Made by a program: the position numbers and the translations under genes
Shown: positions 17,490 to 29,454 of the stretch, one piece after another
How the letters are laid out: the number at the start of each line of letters is the position of its first letter
Numbering within the stretch: the first letter of the stretch is position 1
Notes under the pieces: generated by a model
What the model saw: only the letters and a program-made list of their open reading frames with translations
What the model was told of the DNA's origin: nothing
Databases searched by the model: none
Assembly: GCA_963829055.1 (NCBI GenBank)
Contig: CAWHHI010000011.1
Coordinates: 128,001-192,000, forward strand
Length of the DNA stretch: 64,000 nt
Reading direction: 5' to 3'
From: an uncultured Gemmatimonadaceae bacterium
Lineage (GTDB): Bacteria > Gemmatimonadota > Gemmatimonadetes > Gemmatimonadales > Gemmatimonadaceae

Positions 17490-19875
17490 CTACTGGCTCA
17501 CCCCACGCGAGTCACTCACCGGCAAGTGCTCGCGCAGATATCGCGTGAGCAGCGAATACAGGTGCAACGACGTCCCCTCCCCTTCGCAGATGCAGTGCGT
17601 GCGGTTCGGGTAGGCCATCATGGTGAACGGCTTGTTCGCCTTCACCAGCGCGTTGACGAGCGCTTCCGTGTTCTGATAGTGCACGTTGTCGTCGCCGCTC
17701 CCGTGCACGACCAGCAGGTCTCCCTTGAGTTGATCCGCGAACGTCACCGGTGAGCCGTTCTTGTAGCCCTCCGGATTTTCCTGCGGCAGCCCGACGTACC
17801 GCTCCTGATAGATCGTGTCGTAGTAGTGAAGGTCGGTCACGGGCGAGACCGCCATGCCCATCTTGTACACATCGGGCGTGCGGAACATGACGTTGAGCGT
17901 CGTCGCTCCGCCGCCGCTCCAGCCCCATACCGCGAGCCGCTGCGGATCCACGAACGGCCACTTCCCGATCGCGCGCGCGGCCGCTGCCTGATCGCCGCCA
18001 TTCAATACGCCCATCCTGTTGTAGATGGACTTCCGCCACTCGCGCCCGCGCGGCGCCGGCGTGCCGCGATTGTCGACGCTCATGACGATGTACCCCATCT
18101 GCGACAGCATGAGATGCCACAGATACGTGCCACCGCCCCACGAGTCCACGACCGTCTGCGACGCGGGCTCGCCATACACGTGGAACAGCACCGGATATTT
18201 CTTCGTCTGATCGAAGCCGGGCGGCTTGATCATCCATCCGTCGAGCTGCACGCCGCCGCCGATGTCCACGCGGAAGAATTCGCGCGGGCCCTGCTCGAGT
18301 CCGGCGAGCTTCGCTCGGAGCGCCGCGTTGTCCTGCAGCACTCGAACGCGACGGTGATCGGGGAGCGTGATGATCTCGACCGTCGGCGGGGCGCCGAACG
18401 ACGACCACGTGTGCACCGCATAACGCCCGTTAGGCGAGAGGAGATACGCGTGCGTTCCCGGCTGGTCGGCTGGGGTGACGCGCGTCGTGACACCCGGCTT
18501 CTTGAGCGACGTCCGATACAGGTAGAGCTGCGTCGGGTTCTGCGGCGACGCGTAGTGATAGAGATACTCGCCCGTCGCATCCGGGCCTAACACGGCAAGC
18601 GCGCCGAACGCGGACGCCGGATGTGAGACGTCCATCGCGTCCGCACTGAGCGGCGTGACGGTCGCGCCGTCGCGCGTGACGCCGTACATGCGCCGCCAGC
18701 CGCTGCGCTCGCTCATCCAGACGAACCGACGGTCGGCGTCGATCCAGCGCACGTCACTCACCACATCCACCCACGCCGAGTCACGCTCGGTGAGCACGGT
18801 GCGGACGGCGCCTGTGCTCGCGTTGGCGAGCAGCACATCGATCTGGTTCTGACGCCGGTTGAGTCGCTGGATCAGTAATTCGCTCGAGTTCTTGTCACCC
18901 GCCCAATCCATGCGCGCGAGGTACTGATTACGCGGGTCTCCATCGATGGCGAGCCATCGTGTCGCGCCGCCGGCAGCCGGGATGACGCCGATGCGGCCGG
19001 CGGAGTTCGTGGTGCCCGCTTTCGGGTACTGCACCGGATTCACGAACGAGTACAGCGAGTCGGTGTCGTCGATGAGATTGAAGTTCTTCACCCCGCTCGC
19101 GTCGAGCTGCCAGAACGCGATCGACTTGCCGTCCGGGCTCCAGCGGAAGCCGTCGCGAAGGCTCAGCTCCTCCTCGTATACCCAGTCGAACGTGCCGTTG
19201 ATGATCGTCCGCGACCCGTCGCGCGTCAGGCGCGTGATGGCACCGCTGGCGACGTCCTCGACGTAGAGGTCGTTCTGGCGCACATACGCGACGCGTCCGC
19301 CGTCGGGGGAGAACTTGGCGAACATGAGCGTGGACGCCGGCGCGTCGCCGCCGAGCTTGCGAAGGCCACGAGTGCCGAGGTCGAGCACCCAGTAGTCGCC
19401 GCGGGTGTTCTGCCGCCAGACCTTCTCCGACGCGGTGAAGACGAGGAGTCGCTTCCTGTCCGACGACCAGTCGTAGTCTTCGACGTCGAGCGGCGCGGCC
19501 GCCCCGTTAGGCGTGAGCCACGTCGTGGGCACGATGACGTCGCGCGCGCCCGTCCTGCGCATTGAACCGCGCCAGCTCAGCCGCCCCGGGCTGCTGCGGA
19601 TTTCCCTGGAGCGCGACGTACGTCGAGTCATTCAGCCACCGAAGCTGCCCGGCGCCACGCGCGGCGAACTCGCCGGACGCGAAGATGCGCTCGAGCGTGA
19701 GACGGCTCGGGCTCGACGAAGCCGGCGGTGTGGCCTGGGCGCCGGCGTGGGCAGACGCAATCAGCGCGATGGGGGCGATCAGAAGGGCACCAGCCAGCGC
19801 GGCGCCTCGAATGCGTGTGGGACACGGGCCGTATTTCCAATGCTCGGGTGAGACCGCGCCCACATCATCGGGCAC
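17490..19875 (-). CDS. S9B dipeptidyl peptidase IV-like secreted peptidase (frameshift near 19560)
   Basis: DWVYEEE, YPKAG, GWSGGG nucleophile, DDNVH, catalytic His; signal peptide and LTLERIF in the upstream frame; start approximate. Confidence 0.92.
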
Positions 19876-20079
19876 GGTCTCTCATATGGTAGCCGCCGGC
19901 CCCACGCGTCTCAACGGCAATGATGCCAGTCGCTCGTGAGCACGCACGCCGATCAGACAACGCGCGACCCGTCCGCGCCGCGACTGACCCCTCGATTTCC
20001 GCGACCCGCCACAAGAGCGTACTGCGCCTCGCCCGTGAGACACAGATTGCCGGCTCAATTCCCAATGACCGGAGCTGTC

Positions 20080-21595
20080 ATGCCCTTGCCTCGCCTCCTG
20101 CGCCCTGCCGGCGCTGCCGCCTTCGCATTCGCCACGACGGGCGCGTTTCTCCCGATGCCGGCGTCTTCCCTCCGCCTTCCGCCATCCGCCCTCCGACTTC
20201 CGTCGGCGCCTTCGGCGCCGCTCGACACCGCCATCGCCCGCATGGGCGGCGAGGAGACGCTGCGGCGGATCGAGCGCGTGCGCTTCGAGATGATGACCCT
20301 GTGGCAGCGGCTCACGTTCGAGAACCGACCGTCCGATCTCATCGGCACGTACGAGCTGCACAGCGATCTCCGCAACTACACGCTCGGCGCGTGGCGCAAC
20401 ACGCGGCGGTTCGTCAGCGGCCCGACGTTGCGCGAGATGACCGACATCGTGCAGAAGGACGCCGGCATCCGGCGCATCCCGAACCCGGACGGGACATTCG
20501 CCCCCTGGGCGCCGATCAACATCGCCTACATCGACGAACGCAAGGAGATCTTCGCGTTCGCGCCCGAGCGCCTGCTTCTGGCCGCGCGCGCGGCGAGCGA
20601 TCTGCGAGCGTTGTCCGACACGACCATCGCGGGACTGCCTCACGCGCGGGTGGCGGCGACCATCGATGGCTTCCCGACGACGATTTTCCTGCGCCGGAAC
20701 GACGGCTTCCTCGCGATGGCCCGCTATCATGCCGCCCAGCCTAACGACTTCGGGCTCGCGCCGTGGGGCGACATGGAAGTCGAGATGTGGTACTCCCGAT
20801 GGGGGAAATACCCGATGCCTGGCACGAACGGCGTCGGCTACCCATCTCAATGGGACGTCCGACGCGTCGGACACATGTACAAGCGCGTCACGGTGCTCGC
20901 CGCGACGTTCGATGCCGCGGCACCGGCCGACTCGTTCGCGATCTCCGACTCGCTGCGTACGGTCTTTGCCAGCAGCAGCGCCAGCCGGCCGATGTGGGAC
21001 CTTCCCATGGATTCGGCGAAGATCATCGAGCCGCGACTGGCGCGCTTCGGCAACATCGGCCAGGCGCAGACCGCCGTGAAGCTGGGCTCGCAGTGGCTCT
21101 TGCTCGAGGGGACAGGCGTCCCGCAGCGCAACGAGACCGACCTCCAGTGGCTCACGTCCGCCGATGCGGGTTCGTCGGTCGCGGGCTTGCTGATCACCGT
21201 ACCTAACGCGGGCCGCGGTGGCGCCGCGTGGTTCGCGAGCCACAAGCTGCCGGTGTACGTCGCGCCCGGTGCCGCCAGCGCAACGGCAGCGACACTCGCC
21301 AACTGGAAGCAGCCGCGCACGGCCGCGACGGTCGTCACGAAGCCGCAGTGGCTGCGGATCGGCGCGGATTCGCTCTGGCTCGAGACGCATCGACTATCCG
21401 GACTACGCCGGCGCACTGGTCGCGTACGTGCCGTCGATGCGCTGGGTGTACAGCGGCCTGGCGGCGTCGCCGCTCAACCTCGACCTGCTCGCCGCTCGCA
21501 TCCGCGAACGCGGCTGGACGGTGGACCGTATCGGCTCAGCCCGTTCCCTCGACGCAGCCTGTGCCCGGCAGAACCGCGTCGCGTTAGGCGACTAG
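20080..21595 (+). CDS. Secreted hypothetical protein with a degenerate metallo-beta-lactamase-like C-terminus (frameshift near 21385)
   Basis: GGAG RBS, signal peptide, AIARMGGEETLRRI; C-terminus continues in frame 21218-21595 (LVAYVPSMRWVY). The fold assignment is tentative. Confidence 0.55.
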
Positions 21596-21596
21596 G

Positions 21597-21836
21597 GTCA
21601 TCCCGAGCCTCAGCGAGGGACCTTGCGTGATGTCATGAGCTGGTCCGGCCACGAGTATTTCACAGAAGGTCTCTCGTCATGCACCCGTCTGCGGCGGTCC
21701 GCGCTCCTCGGGATGACACGGCATACGACTACAACAAAAAACAGCAGACAGGATTGCAGGATGGACAGGATTGGACAGCACACGGGAGTTCCTGCGTCGC
21801 GAGCGCTTCAAATCCTGCAATCCTGCCAATCCTGTC
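21597..21836. repeat. Composite repeat: family B element (21597-21717) followed by family C element (21748-21836)
   Basis: GTCATCCCGAG...CTCGGGATGAC, then CAGGATTGCAGGAT...ATCCTGCAATCCTG. Confidence 0.8.
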
Positions 21837-22036
21837 TCTGGTCGTGACCGATCACCGCCACCAGTACCTCACAAGAGATCCCTCGCTGACGCTTCGCGGA
21901 TCGGGATCGAGCGCTCCTCTAACGCGCCGGACCTGAAACCTGACACCTCCCGCTGAGTGACTGACGCGCTTGGAACTGGCCAAGCCCTGCCGCGATGTCG
22001 ACAGCCCCACCACCTTGAGCCACATGGCAGCGAGGC

Positions 22037-23387
22037 ATGGTCATGGCATACGTGCCGTCGTGCCGCTTTCTTTACGCGGATGACCATATCCAGCCGGAAT
22101 TCGAGCGACATCGAACGGCTCTCCCAGCGAGGCGACAACTGACGCCGGGAACGCCGCTCACCAATGGGTCTGCCACTATCCAGCCTCCGGCGTCGGGGTG
22201 GCGGGACGACGGACGCGGGTTCGTTGGAACGCGCCCGAAATGGTCGCTCATCATCCTCGCGTGGCTCGTTCCTTCGGCGATCGCAATGCTTCAGGCGACC
22301 GCCGGCTACGCGCTGCGCGGTGAGCTGGGCAAGGACTGGCCGTGGGTGCTGATGCAATTCCCGCGGTCGATGACGTGGGCGCTGTTCACGCCCCTCATCT
22401 TCGCTGCCGCGAATCGATTTCCGTTTCGACGCGACCGCCTCGCGGCGTCGGTGTGGATGCACGTGCTGATCGCGATGGGCATCTCGGCGCTCATCGAGGT
22501 CGTCTGGCTGCAGCTTAGCCTCGCTGCTGCAGTCGTACATCGAGCCCGAGATGATGGAACGCGTTCGGTCCAACTGGGCCGAAGTCTACGCAACGGCTGT
22601 GCTGAGTCGCGTCGTTAGCGGCGCGTTCACGTACGCCGCCGTGCTCGGCGTGGCGACGACGCTCGCGTATCACCGCCGCTTCCGTGAGCGAGAGCTCCGC
22701 ACCGCCCAGCTCGAGGCCCAGCTGGCGCTCGCCCAGGTGCAGGCACTCAAGATGCAGGTGCACCCGCACTTTCTCTTCAACACGCTGCACGCCATCACCG
22801 TGCTCATTCGCGAGGATCCGACCGCGGCGACACGCGTCGTGACCCGTCTCGGCGACCTGTTGCGCCTAACGCTGTCGCGCGCCACCACCACGCAGGTCAG
22901 CTTCCGACGCGAGCTCGAGATCCTCACCCTGTACCTCGAGATCGAGCGCACGCGCTTTCAGGATCGGCTCGAGATCTCCTACGATGTGCAGCCCGCCACG
23001 CTCGGCGCACTCGTCCCGGATCTCATTCTCCAGCCGCTCGTCGAGAACGCGATCCGGCACGGCGTCAGCCCTAACGCCGGCATCGGCCGGATCGAGGTTC
23101 GGTCACGACACGATGGTCAATCGCTCGTGCTCGAGATTCGCGACAACGGAATGGGGCTACCACAGGGTCAGCCGCTCCGCGAAGGCATTGGCCTCTCGAC
23201 GACCAAGGCGCGACTCGAGCGGCTGTACGGGACACGACAGGAGCTCGAGCTCGCGAATCTGCCCGAGGGTGGATGCGTTGCTCGCATTCGGATCCCGTTC
23301 CAGCCCGCGAGCGACGACCGGCCCGATGGGCTGGCCGACGTGGGGAACCTGGCACCCGTGTCATCATCGGCGGCGGCCGGTCGGTGA
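22037..23387 (+). CDS. LytS/YehU-type sensor histidine kinase (frameshift near 22530-22550)
   Basis: N-terminal TM helices; QVHPHFLFNTLH, LQPLVENAIRHG, DNGMG, GIGL; start approximate. Confidence 0.9.
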
Positions 23388-24163
23388 CTGATCCCGTGAC
23401 CGACGTTCGCGTGGTAGTGGCGGACGACGAGCCACTCGTCCGACGAGGGCTCCGCACGTTCATCGCCGCCGAGAAGGGTCTGACGTTCGTGGGCGAGGCG
23501 CGAAATGGGCCGGAAGCCGTCGCGCTGATTCGGGCGGAACGGCCGGACCTCGTCTTCCTGGACGTCCAGATGCCGGAGCTCGACGGCTTCGGTGTGCTCG
23601 AGACGCTCGAGGGCGAGCCGCTCCCAGCCGTGGTCTTCGTGACCGCGTATGACGAGTACGCGATCCGCGCGTTCGACGTCCACGCCGTGGACTACCTGCT
23701 CAAGCCGTTCGACGAAGAGCGCTTTCGCGTCGCCCTGGGTCGCGTGCGCTCCCGCCTCGGCGAGCGTCGGAGTACGTCACTCGATCAGCGGCTCGAAGCC
23801 GTCCTCACTGAGCTGCGGGGGCGCGAGCAGTACACGGACCGACTGCTGGTGAAGTCCGACGGCCGGGTGACCGTGCTCCAGGTCGACGAAGTCGACTGGA
23901 TCGAGGCAGCGGACAACTACGCGCGTGTTCACACGGCGCGCGGGCGGTATCTGGTGCGCGAGCCCATCAAGACGCTCGAGCGGAAGCTCAACCCGCGCCA
24001 ATTCGCCCGCGTCCACCGCTCGGCCATCGTGAACCTGGCCCGTGTTCGTGAGCTTCAGCCAATGTTTGGCGGCGAGTATGTCATTATCCTTTCCACGGGC
24101 GCCAAACTGACGCTAAGTCGGGGCTACCGCGACGCGTTCCGCAACGCACTTGGCAATGAGTAG
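23384..24163 (+). CDS. LytTR-family response regulator
   Basis: VADDEP, FLDVQMP, TAY, YLLKP; LytTR WIEAADNY, FARVHRSAIVN; GTGA overlap with the kinase stop. Confidence 0.93.
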   Translation: MTDPVTDVRVVVADDEPLVRRGLRTFIAAEKGLTFVGEARNGPEAVALIRAERPDLVFLDVQMPELDGFGVLETLEGEPLPAVVFVTAYDEYAIRAFDVHAVDYLLKPFDEERFRVALGRVRSRLGERRSTSLDQRLEAVLTELRGREQYTDRLLVKSDGRVTVLQVDEVDWIEAADNYARVHTARGRYLVREPIKTLERKLNPRQFARVHRSAIVNLARVRELQPMFGGEYVIILSTGAKLTLSRGYRDAFRNALGNE

Positions 24164-24278
24164 TAGGTCCGACTCGCGTCGTGCGTGAACGCGGAGCAGG
24201 TTGTGGAGTACGCTCGTTACCCGAGGAAGCAGCAGCGACCTTCGGTGCCGATGTAGCATTCCTCCCTTTTCATCGCTA

Positions 24279-25583
24279 ATGGCTGGATTCCGTTCGCCGC
24301 TCGACGCTTACCGCGAGGACCTGTCGCGCGCCGGTGATCGCAAGCGTTTCGCCACAGGCGATGAATTCTGGATCCTCCTCGCGACCGGCCTTCGTCGCGT
24401 TGTGCAGGAGCCACACGTCCGCCGGCCGGCCGCCGCGCGGCGGCTCGCGAACATCCTGTTGACGTTCGGCAAGGAGCTCGCGAAGTGCCCGGCACCGACG
24501 ATCGAGATCGGCGAAGCCGGGCCCGCGGTGGTCGTCGAACGGGCCGCGGCCGTGGCCGACGCGCTGGCGCGGTTTCCCGAGGCCGACGACGCGGGGCTTC
24601 TCGTTAGGCACGTCTGCGCGGCAGCCGCCGATGCCGAGGAGGCCGGCGCGGTGGGGCTCGCGCGCGAGATCGTCACCGACCTTCGGGTGCTGTCGTCGCA
24701 CGCACAGCCGCTGGATCGCGGTCTCGTGCTCATGCAGTTGGCGCGCATCGCCCGCACGCTCGGGGAGCTCGACGCCACGCTCGATCTCCTGCGAGCTGTC
24801 GGCGACCTGGGACGCGCGACCGGCACGCGTGAGCTCGAAGTGCGTGAAGCGGTAGGTGAAGGGGTGTTGGCGCACACGCGCGGGAATCATCCGGAGGCGC
24901 GTCGCCTGTTCGAGACGGCGCTCGCGGGCGCATCCGAGTTGGGGCTGGTGGATGTCATCGGATTGGCGCACCAGGGCCTCCTGATTATCTGCGCCAGCGC
25001 CGGCGAGTTCGACCTCGCGCTCCACCACGGCTGGAATGCCCTGAGCGCTGCGCGCACGGAAGGAACTCGCGAAGCCGAGGCGCTGGGCAACCTCGCGGAG
25101 CTCTGCGCGAAGGCGGGCTACCACGACGCCGCGTTAGGTGGCTTCGCCCTGGCGCTCACCCGCACGGCCGCACCGCGCATACGCCTGCCGGCGCTGGCCG
25201 GCGTCGCGACCGCCGCCGGCCGGCTTGGCGACGCGCCGCGGCTGCGCATGGCTGACGAGGCAATCGCCCGGGAGGCCAATGACGCGTTCCCGTACGAGAC
25301 GGCGGGCGCCTGGCTCGCGCTCGCGCGCGCGAAGCGCGCCCTGGGGGACGCCGCGGGGGGCGATGCGGCAGCGAAGAAGGCCGCCGTCATCGCGCACGCG
25401 CACGGGTTTTTCGAGATCGCCCACTACCTGCATCAGGATGCCCAGCCCGCGCCGGCACCCCTCGCCGAACCGGCGCTTCAGGTCATTCGCTCACTGACAG
25501 CGTGGTCCGGCGACAATGCTGCCGATCTCGTGCTTAGCTACACGTCCACGGACGACTCCAGTCACACACGTCATCGGGATTAG
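24279..25583 (+). CDS. All-helical TPR-like protein, no signal peptide or enzymatic motif
   Basis: Repeated TPR-like helices (LARIARTLGELDAT, GVLAHTRGNHPEAR, LGNLAELCAKAGYHDAA). Confidence 0.7.
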   Translation: MAGFRSPLDAYREDLSRAGDRKRFATGDEFWILLATGLRRVVQEPHVRRPAAARRLANILLTFGKELAKCPAPTIEIGEAGPAVVVERAAAVADALARFPEADDAGLLVRHVCAAAADAEEAGAVGLAREIVTDLRVLSSHAQPLDRGLVLMQLARIARTLGELDATLDLLRAVGDLGRATGTRELEVREAVGEGVLAHTRGNHPEARRLFETALAGASELGLVDVIGLAHQGLLIICASAGEFDLALHHGWNALSAARTEGTREAEALGNLAELCAKAGYHDAALGGFALALTRTAAPRIRLPALAGVATAAGRLGDAPRLRMADEAIAREANDAFPYETAGAWLALARAKRALGDAAGGDAAAKKAAVIAHAHGFFEIAHYLHQDAQPAPAPLAEPALQVIRSLTAWSGDNAADLVLSYTSTDDSSHTRHRD

Positions 25584-25716
25584 CCTTCACGGGGGCTGCT
25601 TTCACAGCGGTTGCTGCCGACTTAGCTGACTCTGTGGGAGCGGTGGGATTCTGCGAGCAGGCCCCCAGGACCGAGGCGGCGGTGACCAGCATGACCAGAC
25701 GGATCGTGCGAGACAT
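25534..25716 (-). CDS. 60-aa lipopeptide MSRTIRLVMLVTAASVLGA|CSQNPTAP...DDVCDWSRPWTCS
   Basis: GGAG RBS, ATG at 25716, basic N-region, hydrophobic core, lipobox LGAC, C-terminal Cys pair. Confidence 0.75.
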   Translation of the reverse strand: MSRTIRLVMLVTAASVLGACSQNPTAPTESAKSAATAVKAAPVKANPDDVCDWSRPWTCS

Positions 25717-25812
25717 TGATAGCTCCGTATTGTTGGAGCGCCATCGATACGACCGCCGGCGACGTCGAACGGACATCGCCGGGGGCGATCTCATACACGG
25801 GGGGGCGTTTCG

Positions 25813-26622
25813 TTGACGGCCCCCCTGCGCGTCGTCGCTCTGGTGGTCGGCGCGAAGTGCCGAGCGCGAATCCGCGGCGGCGTTGTGGGGCGGGCCGACG
25901 TCCGATTCTGTGACCTCCGCGGCGAGCTGGTTCCTCTAGCGGCGACGGCGCACGCGAGCTGTGTGATCGCCGAGCCTCGCGATCGCGCGGGGGAAGACGT
26001 GAGTCCGGCGGTCAGCGCCCTGCGCGCCGGCATGCCGTCGGTCCCGGTAATCGCCTACTTCGCCGACGACCACGTGAGCTCGGGTGACATCCTCGCGATG
26101 GCCCGTGCGGGCGTGCATGACCTCGTCCGTGCCGGCTTCGATGACGTGAGCGGCGCGCTGCGGACTGTGCTCGCGAGCGCGACCGCGGCCTGCGCGGCGG
26201 CGGCGGTGCGCGACGAGCTCGAGCGCGTGATTCCGAGCGAGGCCTGGCTGTTCGTGTCCTACTGCCTGGCGCGGGCGAACGCGCCCATCTCCATCCGCTC
26301 GGCCGCGGATGCGCTCGCGCTCGACCGGCGGACGCTCGTTCGCCGATTGGAACGAGCCGGACTGCCTGGCCCACGCCGCATTGCCGGCTGGTGCCGTGTG
26401 ATCGTCGCGGTGCGACTGTTGGACGAGCCGATCTACACGCTCGAACAGGTAGCCCTCCGCCTCGACTTTCCGTCCGGAACGGCACTGCGCAACATGCTCA
26501 TTCGCTACACCGGTCTCGGACCGCGCGAGCTCCGCGAGAACGGTGGCGTGCGATGCGCGCTGCACCTGTTCAAGCGCGAGCTCGGCGCGTGTGTCGGCGC
26601 GCCCGCGTGTCCGCCGGCCTGA
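25813..26622 (+). CDS. AraC-family regulator with degenerate receiver-like N-terminal domain
   Basis: C-terminal AraC HTH (AADALALDRRTLVRRL..TLEQVALRLDFPSGTALRNMLIRYTGLGP); N-terminal alpha/beta domain without a canonical phospho-Asp. Confidence 0.82.
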   Translation: MTAPLRVVALVVGAKCRARIRGGVVGRADVRFCDLRGELVPLAATAHASCVIAEPRDRAGEDVSPAVSALRAGMPSVPVIAYFADDHVSSGDILAMARAGVHDLVRAGFDDVSGALRTVLASATAACAAAAVRDELERVIPSEAWLFVSYCLARANAPISIRSAADALALDRRTLVRRLERAGLPGPRRIAGWCRVIVAVRLLDEPIYTLEQVALRLDFPSGTALRNMLIRYTGLGPRELRENGGVRCALHLFKRELGACVGAPACPPA

Positions 26623-26679
26623 GGCCTGATGGCGCGGTGGCTCGATGCGCCGTTAGTGCGGCGTGCATCTGATGCGACG

Positions 26680-27467
26680 TCACCGCGTCCAGATGATCAC
26701 CGTGCATCCCGGCGCGAGCCCGGGGAACGCCGTCGCCGAGAACTCCACCGGCGTCGTTGCGGCGCCTGCGTAGACCTCGATCGCCTCGATCTCGGCCGGC
26801 GAGATCCAGTCGAGCCTCAGGTCGCGCCGGATCGGCTCACTTCGGCGACCGCCGCAACGGCGCACCGATCTTGTCCGGCGGGACCATCGCGCCGTCAACG
26901 TAGATCGTAGCGTTACTGGCGCACGTCGCTGATCCGCCCGCCACGGTCCTTGATCAGATCACTGATCTGCTGCGGTTGGCGTCGCTCGATCTCGTCCCGC
27001 GTTATGAACGATGATCGAGACGCCGCACTCGTCCGCATGCGCTCCGCGAATCCCGCCATCTTGCCCCGGTATCGCTCCTCCCGCGCCTTGACGGTCACCT
27101 CCGCGAGTTGGAGCGCCAGGACATGCATCTCGATCCGCATGGTGACCGTGTCTTGGGCGGCCATGTCGACGCTCACCGACCGCGGGCCGAAGCCGAGCCT
27201 CGTCGCGCGCAGCAGGTAGCTGCCAGGATCGAAGGCGAACCGGAACGCACCCAGGCTATCGCTGCGCGCCAGGCGCGTCGTGCCTAACACGCGGACTTCC
27301 ACGTTCGGAACGGGAAGTCCCGTGGACGGCTCGACAACGACACCGATGAGAGTGCCACGACCCTGTGCGAGCACCCCTCGCGGGCTCGCCACGATGACTG
27401 CTCCCGCAAGAGCGATCGATGCGAACGCGGCTCGGACAGCGCGGGCCAGGCAGTCGGCCACCGTCAT
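26680..27467 (-). CDS. Secreted carboxypeptidase-regulatory-like domain plus TonB plug-like domain protein (frameshifted)
   Basis: GTLIGVV..LPVPNVEV..SDSLGAF..RLGF; FITRDEIE; IEAIEVY..VIIWTR terminus; no beta-barrel. Confidence 0.75.
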
Positions 27468-27660
27468 GCGACTCTCCTGTCGGCGATGGGTCAGCCTCTC
27501 ACCAGTGGATGATAACGGCGGCTGCGCGCCCGCGCCGTCCCCCGCGTTGGACGGTCGCATAACGATCGGCATGCGTTGGCGGCACCGTGCTACGCTGGTG
27601 CAAGACGGCCGGTGTGCACGCACCCATCCTTGGGTCGAATCGTCCCAGGGAGATCTATCC

Positions 27661-28125
27661 ATGCACGCTGTGCCAGGACACCCCACCGTACCGGCCACCG
27701 CGCCGGTGCGCACGCGACCACTCCGCATCGACGCCAATACAGACGCTCCACCCCTACCGGACTCTGTGAGCGGCGCCCCCGACGTCGTCCTCGTCAAGTC
27801 CGGCTTCAAACAGGTCGCCATCCACATTCACGAGATCACGTTCGCCGAGGCCGCCCGGAACTACGTACTCGTGCACCTCGAGAGTGGTGCGGTGATCAAG
27901 AGTCGTGTCCCGATCGAGCGGCTCGCGGAGCACCTCGGAACTGCGCGATTCCTGCGCATCCATCGCGGACGCCTGGTCAACGTCGAGCGCATCCGCGCGG
28001 TCACGCCGCTCACGGGCGGACGGCTCCGCCTGGCACTTCTCGACGGAGCGACCATTCTGGTCGCGCGCGACAGGCGTCGTGCAGTGCTCGCCGAGCTCAC
28101 CGCATTGGCGGCGCGCGGCGCTTGA
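27661..28125 (+). CDS. Stand-alone LytTR DNA-binding domain protein
   Basis: FAEAARNYV, FLRIHRGRLVN, VARDR; no receiver domain. Confidence 0.8.
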   Translation: MHAVPGHPTVPATAPVRTRPLRIDANTDAPPLPDSVSGAPDVVLVKSGFKQVAIHIHEITFAEAARNYVLVHLESGAVIKSRVPIERLAEHLGTARFLRIHRGRLVNVERIRAVTPLTGGRLRLALLDGATILVARDRRRAVLAELTALAARGA

Positions 28126-28350
28126 CCCGCGCGCCCCTCGGCAGCGCGTCCGGACCACGTTAGGCATGCAGATCCTCGCCGGCGGTTCGTCACGCCCGTC
28201 CGCCGGCCCGGCCCATAGAGGGACGGCCCGTCCGAACGGCGCGTCCCACACCTGCTAATCTCCGCTTATCCCGTCGGGTTTGGCACTCGCTGGTCCCGGT
28301 ACTTTCTTCGGTGCACGTGCCGAGACGAACCCGAGCCATCCAGGCGGCCA

Positions 28351-29180
28351 ATGTCGATGCGTGCGGCGACCCCCGACGAGGCGGTACTGCGACGAACCGC
28401 GGACCTGACCCGCGGCCGCGTGCGCCTCGTCGAGCACAACTGGCCAGGCGATGTCAGTACGCCTGGCGAGCATCGCGACGCCGCGCACATTCTGCTTTCT
28501 CGCGCACGGCGCCATCGAGGAACGTCGTCCCCATTCGACCGTGTGGCGCGTTGCCCCGAGCGTGCGCGTCTCGCCCCCTGGCGATGAGCACGCGTGCTGC
28601 TACGGCAACGTCGGCGGGCGATGCCTCGTCATCGAGCCGATGGCGTTGCTCGGCGGCGATGACGGCGTGCCGTCGCCGAACGAGCCGACGATCGTTCAGG
28701 ATCATCGCATCGTCGAGCTGGCCGCGCGCGTGTACACGGAGTTGCGCGCTGACTCTCCACACTCCGTGTCGGGGCTCGTGATCGAGAGCATCGCACTCGA
28801 GGTGCTCGCGCAAAGTGCCCGGTGGGAACGACCGCGTGCCGATCGTCGGCCGCCGGCGTGGCTCGCGCAACTGCAGGACTATCTCGCGAGCGATCTCGCG
28901 AGTCGTGCCCGACCTGGTGACACTGGCGGCGATCGCTGGCGTGCACCGCGTGCACGTCGCGCGCGCGTTCCGCGATCATCTCGGCTGCACGGTGGGCGAT
29001 TACGTCCGCCGGCTTCGCGTCCGCTGTGCGTGCGAGCTGCTCACCGCGACGGCCGTCCCACTCACCGACGTCGCGATGCGTGCCGGCTTCTTCGATCAGA
29101 GCCACATGACGCGCGTCGTGAAGCGATTCCTCGGCGTCACGCCGGCATCGCTGCGTCGCGCGACTGGTCGGTGCGAGTGA
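28351..29180 (+). CDS. AraC-family regulator with cupin-like N-terminus (two frameshifts)
   Basis: LAAIAGVHRVHVARAFR, AGFFDQSHMTR; pieces lie in three frames. Confidence 0.8.
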
Positions 29181-29199
29181 AACCGAACGGCTGTTAGGA

Positions 29200-29413
29200 G
29201 GGACTGGGGACTCGGGACTGGAACTGCGGCTGGTTGCTGGGTGGTCGTGCTGGCTGCTGGGTGATGCTGGGTGCGGTTGCGCGCAGCGAGCAGCACTTGG
29301 TGTCCTGGGCGCTAATAGCAGCAGCGGGCAGCGTGCGGCCGCAGCATGCAGCCGGCGGCAGGTGTGCCCAGCGTGCAGCCGCTCCAGTCTCCAATCCCCA
29401 GTCCCCAGTCCCC
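29200..29413. repeat. Heptamer-unit inverted repeat (GGGACT..)n...(AGTCCCC)n
   Basis: Left arm at about 29200-29226, right arm at about 29384-29413, enclosing GCTG/CAGC-rich units. Confidence 0.65.
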
Positions 29414-29454
29414 GTCCTTGGTTGCCTAACAACGCACCGACTGCAGCGCTCCGA

